Source of the DNA: an uncultured Mycoplasmatota bacterium
Lineage (GTDB): Bacteria; Bacillota_I; Bacilli_A; RF39; UBA660
Assembly: GCA_900549625.1 (NCBI GenBank)
Contig: URPE01000002.1
Coordinates: 66,885 to 130,884 of the forward strand
Direction of reading: 5' to 3'
DNA: 64,000 bases
Position numbers and translations under genes: made by a program. The first letter of the stretch is position 1; every line of letters starts with the position of its first letter. Under the pieces are notes generated by a model, which was not told the origin of the DNA, searched no databases, and worked only from the letters and a program-made list of their open reading frames with translations. Below are positions 49,251-59,543 of the stretch, one piece after another.

Positions 49251-52200
49251 TTATACTATTACATCGCTAGTTATTAATCCCATTAATTTAACAACATCAT
49301 ATATAAAATGTTTCTTTTGATTAACTATATTTAAAGATATATTAATTTCTCTATTCACATATTGTAAAGCAAAATTTGGATTAATATTATATGCTTCTAA
49401 AAATAACTTATCTCCCTTTATTTTATTTGAAATACCCTCCGGCAAAGTAATCTTAATCATACGATCACTCTGATATACTTTTGTTATATTTAACTTAATT
49501 GCTAATTTTTCAAACCATTCTTCATACATATATATTTCCATTTCTGGTGTTATATCACCAAATCTATCTTTTAATTGTTCTTTAATACTTACTAATTTAT
49601 CATAACTATCAATCTCATTAATTAACTTATGTATTTCAATTTTAACTGATTCATCAGATACATAACTATCATCAATATGTGTTTCAACTTTTAATAAAGC
49701 ATCATGTGCTTCATCTTCTATTACCTCTTCCCCTTTTAATTTCTTCATTTCCTCTTCAATCATTTTCATGTATAAACTAATACCAACTGTATCGACAAAT
49801 CCCGCCTGCTCACTACCAAGTAAATCTCCTGCTCCTCTTATAGATAAATCTCGCATAGCGATTTTATAGCCACTTCCAAGTTCCGTAAAATCTCTTATTG
49901 CTTGTAATCTTTTTACAGCTACATCATTAAGCATTTTGCCTTGATCATATAATAAGTAAGCATACGCAATTCGTTCACTACGACCAACACGGCCTCGTAA
50001 TTGATAAAGCTGACTTAACCCAAAACGATCAGCGTCATATATAATAAGGGTATTAGCATTTGGTATATCAATACCAGTTTCAATTATAGTTGTACTAACT
50101 AAAATATCAAAATCATGTTTAATAAAAGAATCCATTATATCATCAAGTTCTGTTTTAGTCATTCTTCCATGCGCAAATCTTATTCTTGCTTCTGGTACTA
50201 TTTTACTAAGATGATGCATCATATCATCAATCGTATCAACTCGGTTATATAAAACAAACACTTGCCCATTCCTAGAAAGTTCTTTATATATAGCATCTTT
50301 TACAATAACATCACTTTCTTTAATAACATAAGTTTGAATTGGTGATCGATTTATTGGGGGTGTATCAATTATTGATAAATCCCTAAGTCCTGATAAACTC
50401 ATCTTTAAAGTTCTAGGAATAGGAGTAGCTGATAAAGTAAGAACATTAACATCTGCTTTTAATTTTTTGATTTTTTCCTTATGTGTTACGCCAAACCTCT
50501 GCTCTTCATCAATAACAAGCAAACCCAAACTTTTTGGCTTTATCTCATCACTTAGTAATCTATGTGTACCAAATAAAATATCAATCTTTCCATTTTTGAA
50601 ATCTTCTATTATTTTATCTGCTTCCTTCTTAGTAGTAAAACGATTAAATAAACGAATTTCTACTGGATATTCTTTAAATCTTTCTAATGCCGAAGCATAT
50701 TGTTGTTTAGATAAAATAGTTGTTGGACAAAAATACATTACTTGCTTATTATTACAAATAGTTTTAAACATACCTCTAAAAGCAACTTCCGTTTTTCCAA
50801 ATCCAACATCACCACATAAAAGTCTATCCATAGGAATAACAGAATCCAAATCATGATTAATATCATTAATAGCTCGTGCTTGATCTCTTGTAAGTGTATA
50901 TATAAACTGTGAACCAAAAATATCTTCCTCTGGATAATCTTTATAAGCCTCACCTTTAACACTATTTCTTTTCGCATAAAGTTTGATTAATTCACCAGAA
51001 ATATCTCTTATTTTCTTTTGAACCTCTCTTTTCTTTCGTTCCCAATTAGTAGAACCAAGCTTATTTATCTGAGGTTTCATACCATCTTTATCACTATATT
51101 TATATATTGAAGAAATTTTTTCCACCGGAATATATACCTTATCATTACCAAAATATGATATTTGTAAAAAATCCTTCTTTAGTCCTTGTACTTTTAATGT
51201 TACAACCCCAGCGTAAATACCTATCCCGTGTGCTCTATGAACAACATAATCACCTATTTCTAAAGCATCAAGAGCCCGAACACGTTGCCCAATATGTAAG
51301 TTGTTTTTATATTTAATTTCTTTTTTTACTTCTTCAACATCATATGGACTAATATATATATAACTATTCCATTTAAAGCCTTTAAATAAATCACCTTCTA
51401 CAATATTAACTGCAGCATTCCTTAATACTTTATCATGTACTACACTAGCTGTTGGAAATAAATGTTTAATATCTTCTATCTGTCGCCTTGTTTTCAAAAC
51501 AAAAACAATCGTATTATTTTTAATTAACTGAGTATTAACAAACTTTTGTAATAAATCATAATCACCCTTAAAATTAGTAACTTCACTAGTGTGATAATGA
51601 ACAACATTTTTACTATTATCGGTATCAATGGTATTGATATATATTTTTTCAGCCGGTTTTATTTCATCAAAACTATAAAAGTGTTTTTGATAACCATTTC
51701 CTTGTTCCTCATCATAAGCCCTACTTTCAACTAGCAACTTTTCATACATTGCATTTATTTGTGAATAATCAAAATAAATTGTCTTAGCCTCAGGCATATA
51801 ATCTAGCAAAGAATTATGTTTATCAGTTTGAGCAAGAGTAATTGGTAAACATGTTATAGACTCTATCTCAACAGTTGTTCTTTGTGTTTCTGGATCAAAA
51901 TAACGTATTGATTCAATTACATCACCAAAAAATTCAATTCTAATTGGATTATCTTCTTGTGTTAAAAATATATCAAGAACAAACCAACGTACAGCATATT
52001 CTCCAGTTGATGTAACCATTGAATCCCTTTCATAGCCCATCATATCAAACTTGGCAACCAAACTATCTCTAGATATTTGCATATTTTTAGTCAATTTAAC
52101 TTTCAAAGTATCTTGAACACTTTTAGGAGGTAATAATTTCAAATACCCCATCAAATTAGTAATAACAATTACAGGTCCTTCATTTATTTTTTCTAAAGTT

Positions 52201-52508
52201 TCTAGTCTTTTTAACTTTAACTCTGGCGAAACTGATAATGAGGCGGCTGTAAAAAAGTCATCCATTAAAAATAAATAAGCTGCATTAGTATAAGCATTTA
52301 TCACCTGATAAAATTTATTCGCGTCATATAAAGACCCCATAACGACTAAAACAGATTTTTCACTTTTTCTAAAACATTCTAAAACGTAAAAAGCCGTTAA
52401 CTCTTCAGTTAACCCATCTATTACTAAGCCATCATCAAATTTAAAATCATTGAAATTCATACAATCACATTCTTCCATTAAACTTACCCATTGTATCATT
52501 AATACCAT
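49251..52508 (-). CDS. mfd: transcription-repair coupling factor Mfd (start codon uncertain)
   Basis: superfamily-2 helicase motifs (GDVGFGKTEVA, DEEQRFG), TRG motif region; start may be the internal Met at 52478 or 52460 because the longest ORF overlaps pth. Confidence 0.9.
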   Translation of the reverse strand: MVLMIQWVSLMEECDCMNFNDFKFDDGLVIDGLTEELTAFYVLECFRKSEKSVLVVMGSLYDANKFYQVINAYTNAAYLFLMDDFFTAASLSVSPELKLKRLETLEKINEGPVIVITNLMGYLKLLPPKSVQDTLKVKLTKNMQISRDSLVAKFDMMGYERDSMVTSTGEYAVRWFVLDIFLTQEDNPIRIEFFGDVIESIRYFDPETQRTTVEIESITCLPITLAQTDKHNSLLDYMPEAKTIYFDYSQINAMYEKLLVESRAYDEEQGNGYQKHFYSFDEIKPAEKIYINTIDTDNSKNVVHYHTSEVTNFKGDYDLLQKFVNTQLIKNNTIVFVLKTRRQIEDIKHLFPTASVVHDKVLRNAAVNIVEGDLFKGFKWNSYIYISPYDVEEVKKEIKYKNNLHIGQRVRALDALEIGDYVVHRAHGIGIYAGVVTLKVQGLKKDFLQISYFGNDKVYIPVEKISSIYKYSDKDGMKPQINKLGSTNWERKKREVQKKIRDISGELIKLYAKRNSVKGEAYKDYPEEDIFGSQFIYTLTRDQARAINDINHDLDSVIPMDRLLCGDVGFGKTEVAFRGMFKTICNNKQVMYFCPTTILSKQQYASALERFKEYPVEIRLFNRFTTKKEADKIIEDFKNGKIDILFGTHRLLSDEIKPKSLGLLVIDEEQRFGVTHKEKIKKLKADVNVLTLSATPIPRTLKMSLSGLRDLSIIDTPPINRSPIQTYVIKESDVIVKDAIYKELSRNGQVFVLYNRVDTIDDMMHHLSKIVPEARIRFAHGRMTKTELDDIMDSFIKHDFDILVSTTIIETGIDIPNANTLIIYDADRFGLSQLYQLRGRVGRSERIAYAYLLYDQGKMLNDVAVKRLQAIRDFTELGSGYKIAMRDLSIRGAGDLLGSEQAGFVDTVGISLYMKMIEEEMKKLKGEEVIEDEAHDALLKVETHIDDSYVSDESVKIEIHKLINEIDSYDKLVSIKEQLKDRFGDITPEMEIYMYEEWFEKLAIKLNITKVYQSDRMIKITLPEGISNKIKGDKLFLEAYNINPNFALQYVNREINISLNIVNQKKHFIYDVVKLMGLITSDVIV

Positions 52509-53019
52509 TACAGATAAAGTTTAAAATTATCTCTCTATAAAGTTCACACTTATCATAAAAAACACTTAATTCTTTCTTAGAAAAAGTACCTAACACATAA
52601 TCCTTAGTATCAACAGATTTATCATGTGCTATCCCAATTTTTAACCGTGCAAACTTTTGAGTATTTAAAGAAGCAATTATTGATTTAATGCCATTATGCC
52701 CACCACTTGAACTATCAAACTTACATTTAAAATGATTAAATGGCAAGTCTAAATCATCATGTACAACTAAAATATCATCAGATTTTATTTTATAATAATT
52801 AACAACCTTTATAACAGAATTACCACTAAGATTCATATAAGTAGTTGGTTTTATAAAAATTACATCTTCACTATTTATTTTCTTCCTACATAAATATGCT
52901 TGAAACTTTTTCTCTAATTTAAAATCCAAATTCATTGTATCCAAAACCATAAACCCGACATTATGTCTTGTATTCTCATATTCTTTTCCAATATTACCTA
53001 AACCAACGATTAATTTCAT
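52465..53019 (-). CDS. pth: peptidyl-tRNA hydrolase
   Basis: MKLIVGLGNIG.EYENTRHNVGF signature. Confidence 0.9.
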   Translation of the reverse strand: MKLIVGLGNIGKEYENTRHNVGFMVLDTMNLDFKLEKKFQAYLCRKKINSEDVIFIKPTTYMNLSGNSVIKVVNYYKIKSDDILVVHDDLDLPFNHFKCKFDSSSGGHNGIKSIIASLNTQKFARLKIGIAHDKSVDTKDYVLGTFSKKELSVFYDKCELYREIILNFICNGINDTMGKFNGRM

Positions 53020-53040
53020 TACTTACCTCCACCGCAAATT

Positions 53041-53054
53041 ATTTCCCGGGAAAT
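53041..53054. promoter_or_regulatory. Noc-binding-site palindrome between methyltransferase gene and pth
   Basis: exact NBS consensus. Confidence 0.6.
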
Positions 53055-53060
53055 AATTTT

Positions 53061-53771
53061 CTACTTTTTAAATATATTTTGATACGTATCTAGTCCATCA
53101 ATACATATTTCATTCATCACTTTACACCCAAAATTACTCTTTTTAACTAAACAGACCAATACTAAAATTGGCGTTCTTCCTTCTTTAGACGTTACAAATT
53201 GCATTTTCTTTATATGAAAGCCATACTCATTTGCATACAAAATAATCTCTTCAATTCTTTCTGGTATATGTACTAAATAAAACTTTCCCTTATTATTTAA
53301 TAAAAAATTAGCCATTGCCATTAATTCTTTTAAATTGATTTTTATTTCATGTCTAGCAATTCCCTTAACTAATTCATCATTTATAAATTGTTCATTATGA
53401 TATTTAAAATATGGCGGATTAGCTAAAACAACATCAAAATTATTTCCCGGGAAATAATTTTTTAAATTTAAAACGTTATCGTTAAGAATTGTTATATGTT
53501 TTTCCATTTTATTATATAAAACCGAATCACTCGCTAACTCAGCTATTTCTTTTTGTATTTCAACACCATAAATATCTTTTTGATATTTTTGATAAAGTAA
53601 AATAGGAATCACTGCATTACCAGTACATAAATCAATTATTTTATTATCACTTTTTTTTATTTCTGCAAACTCTGCTAATAAAACCGAATCAAGAGAAAAT
53701 TTAAAACCTTCTTCAAATTGATAAACTTTTAAATTTGGATAATCATATAACCAATTAAGAACTTTTTTCAT
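53061..53771 (-). CDS. SAM-dependent N6-adenine methyltransferase (YabB / tRNA m6A37 MTase-like)
   Basis: DLCTGNAVI SAM motif and LANPPYF (NPPY) catalytic motif. Confidence 0.6.
   Translation of the reverse strand: MKKVLNWLYDYPNLKVYQFEEGFKFSLDSVLLAEFAEIKKSDNKIIDLCTGNAVIPILLYQKYQKDIYGVEIQKEIAELASDSVLYNKMEKHITILNDNVLNLKNYFPGNNFDVVLANPPYFKYHNEQFINDELVKGIARHEIKINLKELMAMANFLLNNKGKFYLVHIPERIEEIILYANEYGFHIKKMQFVTSKEGRTPILVLVCLVKKSNFGCKVMNEICIDGLDTYQNIFKK
53442..53455. promoter_or_regulatory. Noc-binding-site palindrome inside methyltransferase gene (encodes YFPGNN)
   Basis: exact NBS consensus. Confidence 0.6.
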
Positions 53772-54543
53772 CTAAATAAATTTCCTTTAACTCTTCATTT
53801 ATTAATACTTTATAACGTCTATTTAAAATATCGATACTAATAACATTCCCAGAGCCGTACTTAGTTTCTACATTATCACCGACACTTGGCATACCCTTCA
53901 TACAACACTGGTATTCCTTATCTTCATATTGTAAACAACATAAAAGTCTACCACATACACCATTTATTTTAGAAGGATTTAAAGCTAAATTTTGATTTTT
54001 GGCCATTGTCATTGAAACAGATTCAAGTCTATTCAAAAAAGATGCACAACAAAGAGTTCTACCACAAACGCCAATTCCTCCAACTTGCTCTGCTTTATCA
54101 CGAGCCCCAACTTGTCTTAATTCAATTCTTGTATGATATACATTTGCTATTCTTTTAGCAAGTTCCCTGAAATCAACTCTATTATCAGCATAAAAATTAA
54201 ATAATAACTGCTTTCTATCAAAAGTAAAACTTGCATCAATAAAGTTCATTTGTAATTCTAGTTCTTTACTAAATTTCTTTGCGTCACGTAAAGCAAGTTC
54301 AGCATCGCGTAAGTTAGTTAAATACTGTTCATAATCTTTTTTAGTAGCAATTCTGATAATTTTCCTTAAACTTTCTTCATTAATGTTAACTTGTTCTAAA
54401 TCTATTTTTTTTACTACCCTACCAAATTGTAAACCTTTTTCTGTCTCTACAATAACTGTAACTCGATCAGGAATTCTTAACTTTTGTCCATTAAAATAAT
54501 AAATTTTACCTTTATCCTTAAAAGTAACACCATAAACATTCAT
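53755..54543 (-). CDS. ricT: PSP1-domain protein YaaT/RicT
   Basis: PSP1 C-terminal domain pattern, Cys cluster; holB-yaaT synteny. Confidence 0.7.
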   Translation of the reverse strand: MNVYGVTFKDKGKIYYFNGQKLRIPDRVTVIVETEKGLQFGRVVKKIDLEQVNINEESLRKIIRIATKKDYEQYLTNLRDAELALRDAKKFSKELELQMNFIDASFTFDRKQLLFNFYADNRVDFRELAKRIANVYHTRIELRQVGARDKAEQVGGIGVCGRTLCCASFLNRLESVSMTMAKNQNLALNPSKINGVCGRLLCCLQYEDKEYQCCMKGMPSVGDNVETKYGSGNVISIDILNRRYKVLINEELKEIYLDEKSS

Positions 54544-55383
54544 TTAATCACTTCCTTCCAACACAAATCGATCCAAAATAAGTGAAATATTAACATTAAA
54601 ATTTATCTCTTTTAATATTTGTAAAACTAACATTTGGTATTTTTTTATTTGCTTCTCATCTTTTTCTAAAAAATAAGCATATTCACTAATCGGTTCTCTA
54701 ACGCCAAGTTTAATATCATAAATTTTTTGTAATAAATAAAATAAACTTTGAAATAAATATAAAAGTTCCTTTCGATCATGAACTAAAGGTGTTAATACAG
54801 TTTTATTATAAAGAATAGCTTCATCTTGAACCATAAAACATTCTTTCAAATAATTAAAGGCAATTGTTTGCCATACTAAAGGAATATTCTTACCATATTC
54901 ACCATCATAATAGTCTAATATTATTTGACACCTACTTTTAATCGTGTCAATTATATTCTCTTTATTATTTGTAAGAAAAAAGGCAAGAATATTTTCTTCT
55001 GGTTCTTCAATAAACTTAAGCATAGTATTAGCACTTGAGGCATTTAACAACTCCGCATTTTTAATAATATACATATTATATTTAGAAAAAATAGGTTTTG
55101 TTTGAAACATTTTTTTAATTTCCATTACTTGTTCTTTTTTTATTGTATTACCATCTGGCTCTACTACTAAGAGGCTTGGCAAATTACCATTACCTATTAA
55201 ATGACATAAATTACATTCTTGACAATTTTCCTTATAATCACTTGGACAATTTATTACTTTTAAAAATTGCAAAATAGCCAAATAACTTTTATCCATATCA
55301 TTTGTTTCAACCAAAAAAGCATGAGCAAGTCTATTCTCATGAAAATGTTTAATTAGTTCTTGATATACTTGACTTTCTGTCAC
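54544..55383 (-). CDS. holB: DNA polymerase III delta-prime subunit
   Basis: AAA+ fold with degenerate P-loop (RLAHAFLVE), zinc-module Cys (CxxCxxC), 279 aa. Confidence 0.65.
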   Translation of the reverse strand: MTESQVYQELIKHFHENRLAHAFLVETNDMDKSYLAILQFLKVINCPSDYKENCQECNLCHLIGNGNLPSLLVVEPDGNTIKKEQVMEIKKMFQTKPIFSKYNMYIIKNAELLNASSANTMLKFIEEPEENILAFFLTNNKENIIDTIKSRCQIILDYYDGEYGKNIPLVWQTIAFNYLKECFMVQDEAILYNKTVLTPLVHDRKELLYLFQSLFYLLQKIYDIKLGVREPISEYAYFLEKDEKQIKKYQMLVLQILKEINFNVNISLILDRFVLEGSD

Positions 55384-55398
55384 ATTTCTTCACCAACA

Positions 55399-55587
55399 TT
55401 ATTTTACTATAAAAAATAAAATAATTAAAGAAGAAAGGCCCGGAATTCCTAAAAAAGTCACAATCAAAAGCGTTATCAAGTTTATCGGAATAAATATTTG
55501 TAAAGAAGATAAAAAATAGTTAAAGAGATACAGCATCACAAAAGATAAAACTAATTTTTTCATTAACTTGTAAATTTTCTTAAACAT
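55399..55587 (-). CDS. bofA: BofA-like small membrane protein (pro-sigma-K processing inhibitor family)
   Basis: IFIPINLITLLIVTFLGIPGLSSLIILFFIVK matches BofA C-terminal consensus (PINLVT..GILGIPG). Confidence 0.5.
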   Translation of the reverse strand: MFKKIYKLMKKLVLSFVMLYLFNYFLSSLQIFIPINLITLLIVTFLGIPGLSSLIILFFIVK

Positions 55588-55628
55588 AAGTATCTTCCCC
55601 TATAAAAGAATATGAAAAAAATCGGCTT

Positions 55629-56234
55629 TTATTCCGATATTTTCTTTCTATCTTCAAGTGCTTTATCTAAAGTAAGCATATCTAAATAATCAATTTCCGC
55701 TCCACTAGGAAGACCATAAGACAATCTACTAATTGTAACATTTTTATCTTCAAAAATCTTTTTAATATAAAGCATTGTAGTTTCTCCTTCAATAGAGCTC
55801 TTTAAAGCTAAAATTATTTCGGGATTATCTAAACTTTCTACTCTTCTTACTAAAGAACTTAATTGTATATCTTCGGCACCTATATTATCCATAGGTGATA
55901 TTAATCCTTTCAAAATATGATAAGTCCCTTTATAATTACCAGCCTTTTCAAAAGCAAAAGCACTTTTATCATCTTCTACAACACATATAAGATTTTTTTC
56001 TCTAATCGTTGAAGAACATACAGAACAAGTATCCTGATCCGTAAGCAATCCACATACAGAACAAGGACGTAAATTTTTTTTGCTTCTAACTAATATATCA
56101 CTAGCATCTTCTATTTCTTCTAAAGTAAGATTAAGAGTCGAAAAAGCCATTCTTTCAGCACTTTTTTCACCAATACCAGGCAATTTTTTAAAAAAGTTCA
56201 TAAGTGCTTCAAATGTATCTGGATAAACTTTCAT
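55629..56234 (-). CDS. recR: recombination protein RecR
   Basis: helix-hairpin-helix LPGIGEKSAERMAF, C4 zinc finger CSVCG..CSVC, Toprim. Confidence 0.9.
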   Translation of the reverse strand: MKVYPDTFEALMNFFKKLPGIGEKSAERMAFSTLNLTLEEIEDASDILVRSKKNLRPCSVCGLLTDQDTCSVCSSTIREKNLICVVEDDKSAFAFEKAGNYKGTYHILKGLISPMDNIGAEDIQLSSLVRRVESLDNPEIILALKSSIEGETTMLYIKKIFEDKNVTISRLSYGLPSGAEIDYLDMLTLDKALEDRKKISE

Positions 56235-56235
56235 G

Positions 56236-56532
56236 TTACATTAAACCATCTAACATACCAGCATATTGTCCTAGTTTATTCTCGTATTCTTTTTCAACTT
56301 TATTAATTGCGTCTTTTGTAGCCATAATAATAAAGTCTTCTAGCATCTCAATATCTTCTTTTTCTAAAGACTCTTTATTAATTTTGCATTTAACCATCTC
56401 TTTTTTACCATTTAAAGTTACTTCAACAAACTCATATTTCCCGGGAAATAATTGAGCACCAATTTCATCTTTCTTTTTTTGTAAATCTCTTTGCATTCTT
56501 TGGGCCTGAGCCATGATACTTTGCATATTCAT
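56236..56532 (-). CDS. ybaB: nucleoid-associated protein YbaB/EbfC
   Basis: 98 aa, MQSIMAQAQRMQ..L..E..G signature between recR and dnaX. Confidence 0.85.
   Translation of the reverse strand: MNMQSIMAQAQRMQRDLQKKKDEIGAQLFPGKYEFVEVTLNGKKEMVKCKINKESLEKEDIEMLEDFIIMATKDAINKVEKEYENKLGQYAGMLDGLM
56436..56449. promoter_or_regulatory. Noc-binding-site palindrome inside ybaB (encodes LFPGKY)
   Basis: exact NBS consensus. Confidence 0.6.
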
Positions 56533-56550
56533 TTTCTATTCCTTCTTTCT

Positions 56551-58218
56551 TTAAACTTCTTCTATTTTATCACTATTAAAAACATTTGTCGCTATTTGAT
56601 CAAGTGATGACACATTATTATTGTCAATAAAATCCTCTTTTTCATCATTTTCTGTATCTTCTTCAATCAATTTATATGTAACATTTGCTTTTAAATTTGC
56701 AACATAAATCTTTTTTTCTTCATTCCATTCATCAGTAGTTAAACATATGAACTTAACATTTGTTTTAGCTTTTTTTAAAAATTCATCTTTAAGTTCATCT
56801 AACTTTTGATTTATTAGAAGAACAGTACTTGGTAAAGCACTAGCTAAAATGACATGATCTAAAGATGCTGCTACAATATCAGAATCAATTAGTAATGATA
56901 GAAGTTCTGGATCTGTATTAGTATCATCACGCATTTCTTGAAAGTATGTTTTATAATCTATTAAAACACTCTTTTTTGCATTTACAAAGCAATTATTTAT
57001 CCGAATCTTTTTAAGTTTTACTAAATAATCATCATTAATTTTATATGTATTAGAATTAACTGAAGATAAAGACTTTTCACCGTTTTGTTCTGATGAAACT
57101 CTTTCCTTAAATACATCATCTTTACTTTTAGTATCATTTACCTCTACAACTTTTTTAGGTTGTTCACTAAAATCAATATTTTTTTCTGTATTTGTTTCAC
57201 CAATATAATTTAAAAGTAACATTTCTATCAAAAGATAAGGATTAACATTAATATTTATACTATTCATACATTCATTTAGTTCAAATATCATATTCTTAAT
57301 ATCTTTATAAAGTAATCTGGTGGATACAGACTCTTCCTTAATTTTAACCGCAAAATGAGCAAGTTCTTTAATTAATTTTTTAATAAAAATTTTATAATCA
57401 GAAGATGTATTTTGTAGTTCCTCTAAAGCATCGCACACTTTTTGTAAGTCACCATTATCAATTGCAACAATTAAATCATTAACAAATTTAGTTGATATAG
57501 AGCCATAATTACTTAATATTTTATCAATTGTAATTTTTTCACCATTAGCTGCTAATTGATCAAGCAAACTAAGTGCGTCACGCATACCACCTTCTGATAA
57601 ATACGCAATTTCTGTTATGGCATCTGCATCTATTTCAATATTTTCTTCTTTACAAACATATGTAATTTGACTAACTAAATCTTCTAAACTAAATTTTTTA
57701 AAATTAAAACGTTGACAACGAGACAATATTGTTATTGGTACACTTTCAACATTTGTTGTAGCCATTATAAAAACAGCATGACTAGGAGGTTCTTCTAAAG
57801 TTAATAATAAGGCATTAAATGCGCTAGATGTCATCATATGTACCTCATCAATAATATATATTTTATATTTTCCCTCAGTAGGTGCTATTTTTACATTGTT
57901 GATAAGTTCTCTTATATCATCCACACCATTATTAGAAGCAGCATCAATTTCAATAATATCAGGACTGCTATCAAATGCTAAACAATTTGCACACTTTCCA
58001 CATGCCTCACCGTTTTGAACATCTAAACAATTAATAGTTTTTGCAAATACTTTAGCTGTACTAGTTTTACCAGTTCCACGTGGTCCAGTAAACAAATAAG
58101 CATGTGAAATTTTATCATGAATAATAGCATTCTGAAGCATTTTAATAGTATAATCTTGTCCAACTATATTTTTAAAACAATCTGGACGATATTTTCGATA
58201 TAAAACCTTATATTCCAT
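56551..58218 (-). CDS. dnaX: DNA polymerase III subunit gamma/tau
   Basis: Walker A GPRGTGKTS, DEVHM box, SRC motif, zinc-binding Cys cluster. Confidence 0.9.
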   Translation of the reverse strand: MEYKVLYRKYRPDCFKNIVGQDYTIKMLQNAIIHDKISHAYLFTGPRGTGKTSTAKVFAKTINCLDVQNGEACGKCANCLAFDSSPDIIEIDAASNNGVDDIRELINNVKIAPTEGKYKIYIIDEVHMMTSSAFNALLLTLEEPPSHAVFIMATTNVESVPITILSRCQRFNFKKFSLEDLVSQITYVCKEENIEIDADAITEIAYLSEGGMRDALSLLDQLAANGEKITIDKILSNYGSISTKFVNDLIVAIDNGDLQKVCDALEELQNTSSDYKIFIKKLIKELAHFAVKIKEESVSTRLLYKDIKNMIFELNECMNSININVNPYLLIEMLLLNYIGETNTEKNIDFSEQPKKVVEVNDTKSKDDVFKERVSSEQNGEKSLSSVNSNTYKINDDYLVKLKKIRINNCFVNAKKSVLIDYKTYFQEMRDDTNTDPELLSLLIDSDIVAASLDHVILASALPSTVLLINQKLDELKDEFLKKAKTNVKFICLTTDEWNEEKKIYVANLKANVTYKLIEEDTENDEKEDFIDNNNVSSLDQIATNVFNSDKIEEV

Positions 58219-58268
58219 AATTCCTCCTTAAAAAGCAATTATATTATAGCAAAATAAGTACTAAAACA

Positions 58269-58682
58269 CTATCTTTTTTGAGCAAAAAAATCACTCAATA
58301 TATTATGATACATTTGTTCGTTAATATTATTTGTGACCTTTATAAATTCAGTCTTATTATACTCTTTTTTTGTACTAGGTTTATCTAATAAATAGTAAAC
58401 ATTCCTAATTCTAGACTGTTTAATTATCTCCATACACATTGAACAAGGTTTTAATGTTACAAATAAATCACAATCTGCCAAATTCCACTTATTTAGATGT
58501 TGACTAGCTTTCACAATTGCATTAATTTCGGCATGGCCTAGTATAGACTTTGTTGCCTCCCTAGTATTGTGACCTTTTTCGACAAAATTCCCCATAGAAT
58601 CGACAATAATTGCCCCAATTGGCACGTCATCAGTCTGAAGGCTTAATAAAGCCTCATCAATGCATTCTTTCCATATATCCAT
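58269..58682 (-). CDS. tadA: tRNA-specific adenosine deaminase TadA (CDA fold)
   Basis: HAEINAI and PCSMC zinc-binding motifs, 137 aa, position next to dnaX. Confidence 0.65.
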   Translation of the reverse strand: MDIWKECIDEALLSLQTDDVPIGAIIVDSMGNFVEKGHNTREATKSILGHAEINAIVKASQHLNKWNLADCDLFVTLKPCSMCMEIIKQSRIRNVYYLLDKPSTKKEYNKTEFIKVTNNINEQMYHNILSDFFAQKR

Positions 58683-58703
58683 AATTCATCACCCATAAAA
58701 AAA

Positions 58704-58777
58704 GTGCACACAAGTAGGGATTGACGTGGCTGCTATCTTCCGATCCTGACCAATTTACAATATACTTGTTGCACGAC
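58704..58777 (-). ncRNA. ffs: signal recognition particle RNA (small 4.5S-type; exact ends uncertain)
   Basis: minus-strand GGTCAGGATCGGAAGATAGCAGCCACG matches the conserved SRP RNA domain IV core; closing helix GTGCAACAAGTA/TACTTGTGTGCAC; T-run terminator. Confidence 0.5.
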
Positions 58778-58822
58778 TAAATATTATCAAACATTTATCA
58801 AAAAATCAATCAAAAATTTATA

Positions 58823-58850
58823 TGTTTCACGTGAAACATTGTTATTCACA
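58823..58850. promoter_or_regulatory. parS site (TGTTTCACGTGAAACA, 58823..58838) abutting DnaA box TTATTCACA (58842..58850)
   Basis: perfect match to B. subtilis-type parS consensus; 1-mismatch DnaA box. Confidence 0.75.
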
Positions 58851-58853
58851 ATT

Positions 58854-58867
58854 ATTTCCCGGGAAAT
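58854..58867. promoter_or_regulatory. Noc-binding-site palindrome ATTTCCCGGGAAAT
   Basis: exact match to the published B. subtilis NBS consensus; 16-bp palindrome TATTTCCCGGGAAATA. Confidence 0.65.
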
Positions 58868-58999
58868 ATTTTAAATACTATTTATATTAAATAATAATCT
58901 TGCAAAACTAAAAATAATTAACACGCTAAAAAATAAAAAGTATTTAAAATAAATTATATATTTGTTTGATTTTTATCCAAATTTTATAAATTTTGCATA

Positions 59000-59026
59000 T
59001 GTCTCACGTGAAACATCTTATCCACA
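59000..59026. promoter_or_regulatory. parS-like site TGTCTCACGTGAAACA (1 mismatch) abutting perfect DnaA box TTATCCACA (59018..59026)
   Basis: sequence match. Confidence 0.7.
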
Positions 59027-59181
59027 ATACTAACAAATTAAAATCAATTCAAGAATACAATAATTAAATTTATATCACCATTCAAAATAAAGTCCTTGTA
59101 TTTTGCATCGAAATTAGTCTGTTAATATAATTATTTGGTTTATTTCAAGCTTTTATTTTAAATTTATATCTATATTTTATA

Positions 59182-59208
59182 TGTTTCACGTGAAACATCT
59201 TATCAACA
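59182..59208. promoter_or_regulatory. parS site (59182..59197) abutting DnaA box TTATCAACA (59200..59208)
   Basis: sequence match. Confidence 0.75.
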
Positions 59209-59375
59209 ATTGCTAACGATTTAACATTAATTCAAAGATTCAATAATCAAATTTATATTAATATTCATAATAAAGCTCTTGTATTTTGCATCGAAATTAG
59301 TAATTTAACATAACTATATGGTTTAATTTAAGCTTGTTTTTTTGTTTTTTATGCGATTTTAATTGATTTTGCATA

Positions 59376-59403
59376 TGTTTCACGTGAAACATTGTTATTC
59401 ACA
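59376..59403. promoter_or_regulatory. parS site (59376..59391) abutting DnaA box TTATTCACA (59395..59403)
   Basis: sequence match. Confidence 0.75.
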
Positions 59404-59516
59404 ATTAATAAAATTTAATAATTAATTTAGTTAATAAAGAAATAAACTTTTTTTTAAGATGAGGAGTTTCATTATCATTTTATTTATAAAATATATGTTT
59501 TTTACATTTTTAACTA

Positions 59517-59543
59517 TGTTTCACGTGAAACATCTTATCAACA
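59517..59543. promoter_or_regulatory. parS site (59517..59532) abutting DnaA box TTATCAACA (59535..59543)
   Basis: sequence match. Confidence 0.75.

Noticed and set aside
50467-51316. Short ORFs on both strands inside mfd (50467..50856, 50738..50977, 51107..51316)
   Set aside because: Embedded in the Mfd coding region, which is supported by helicase motifs.
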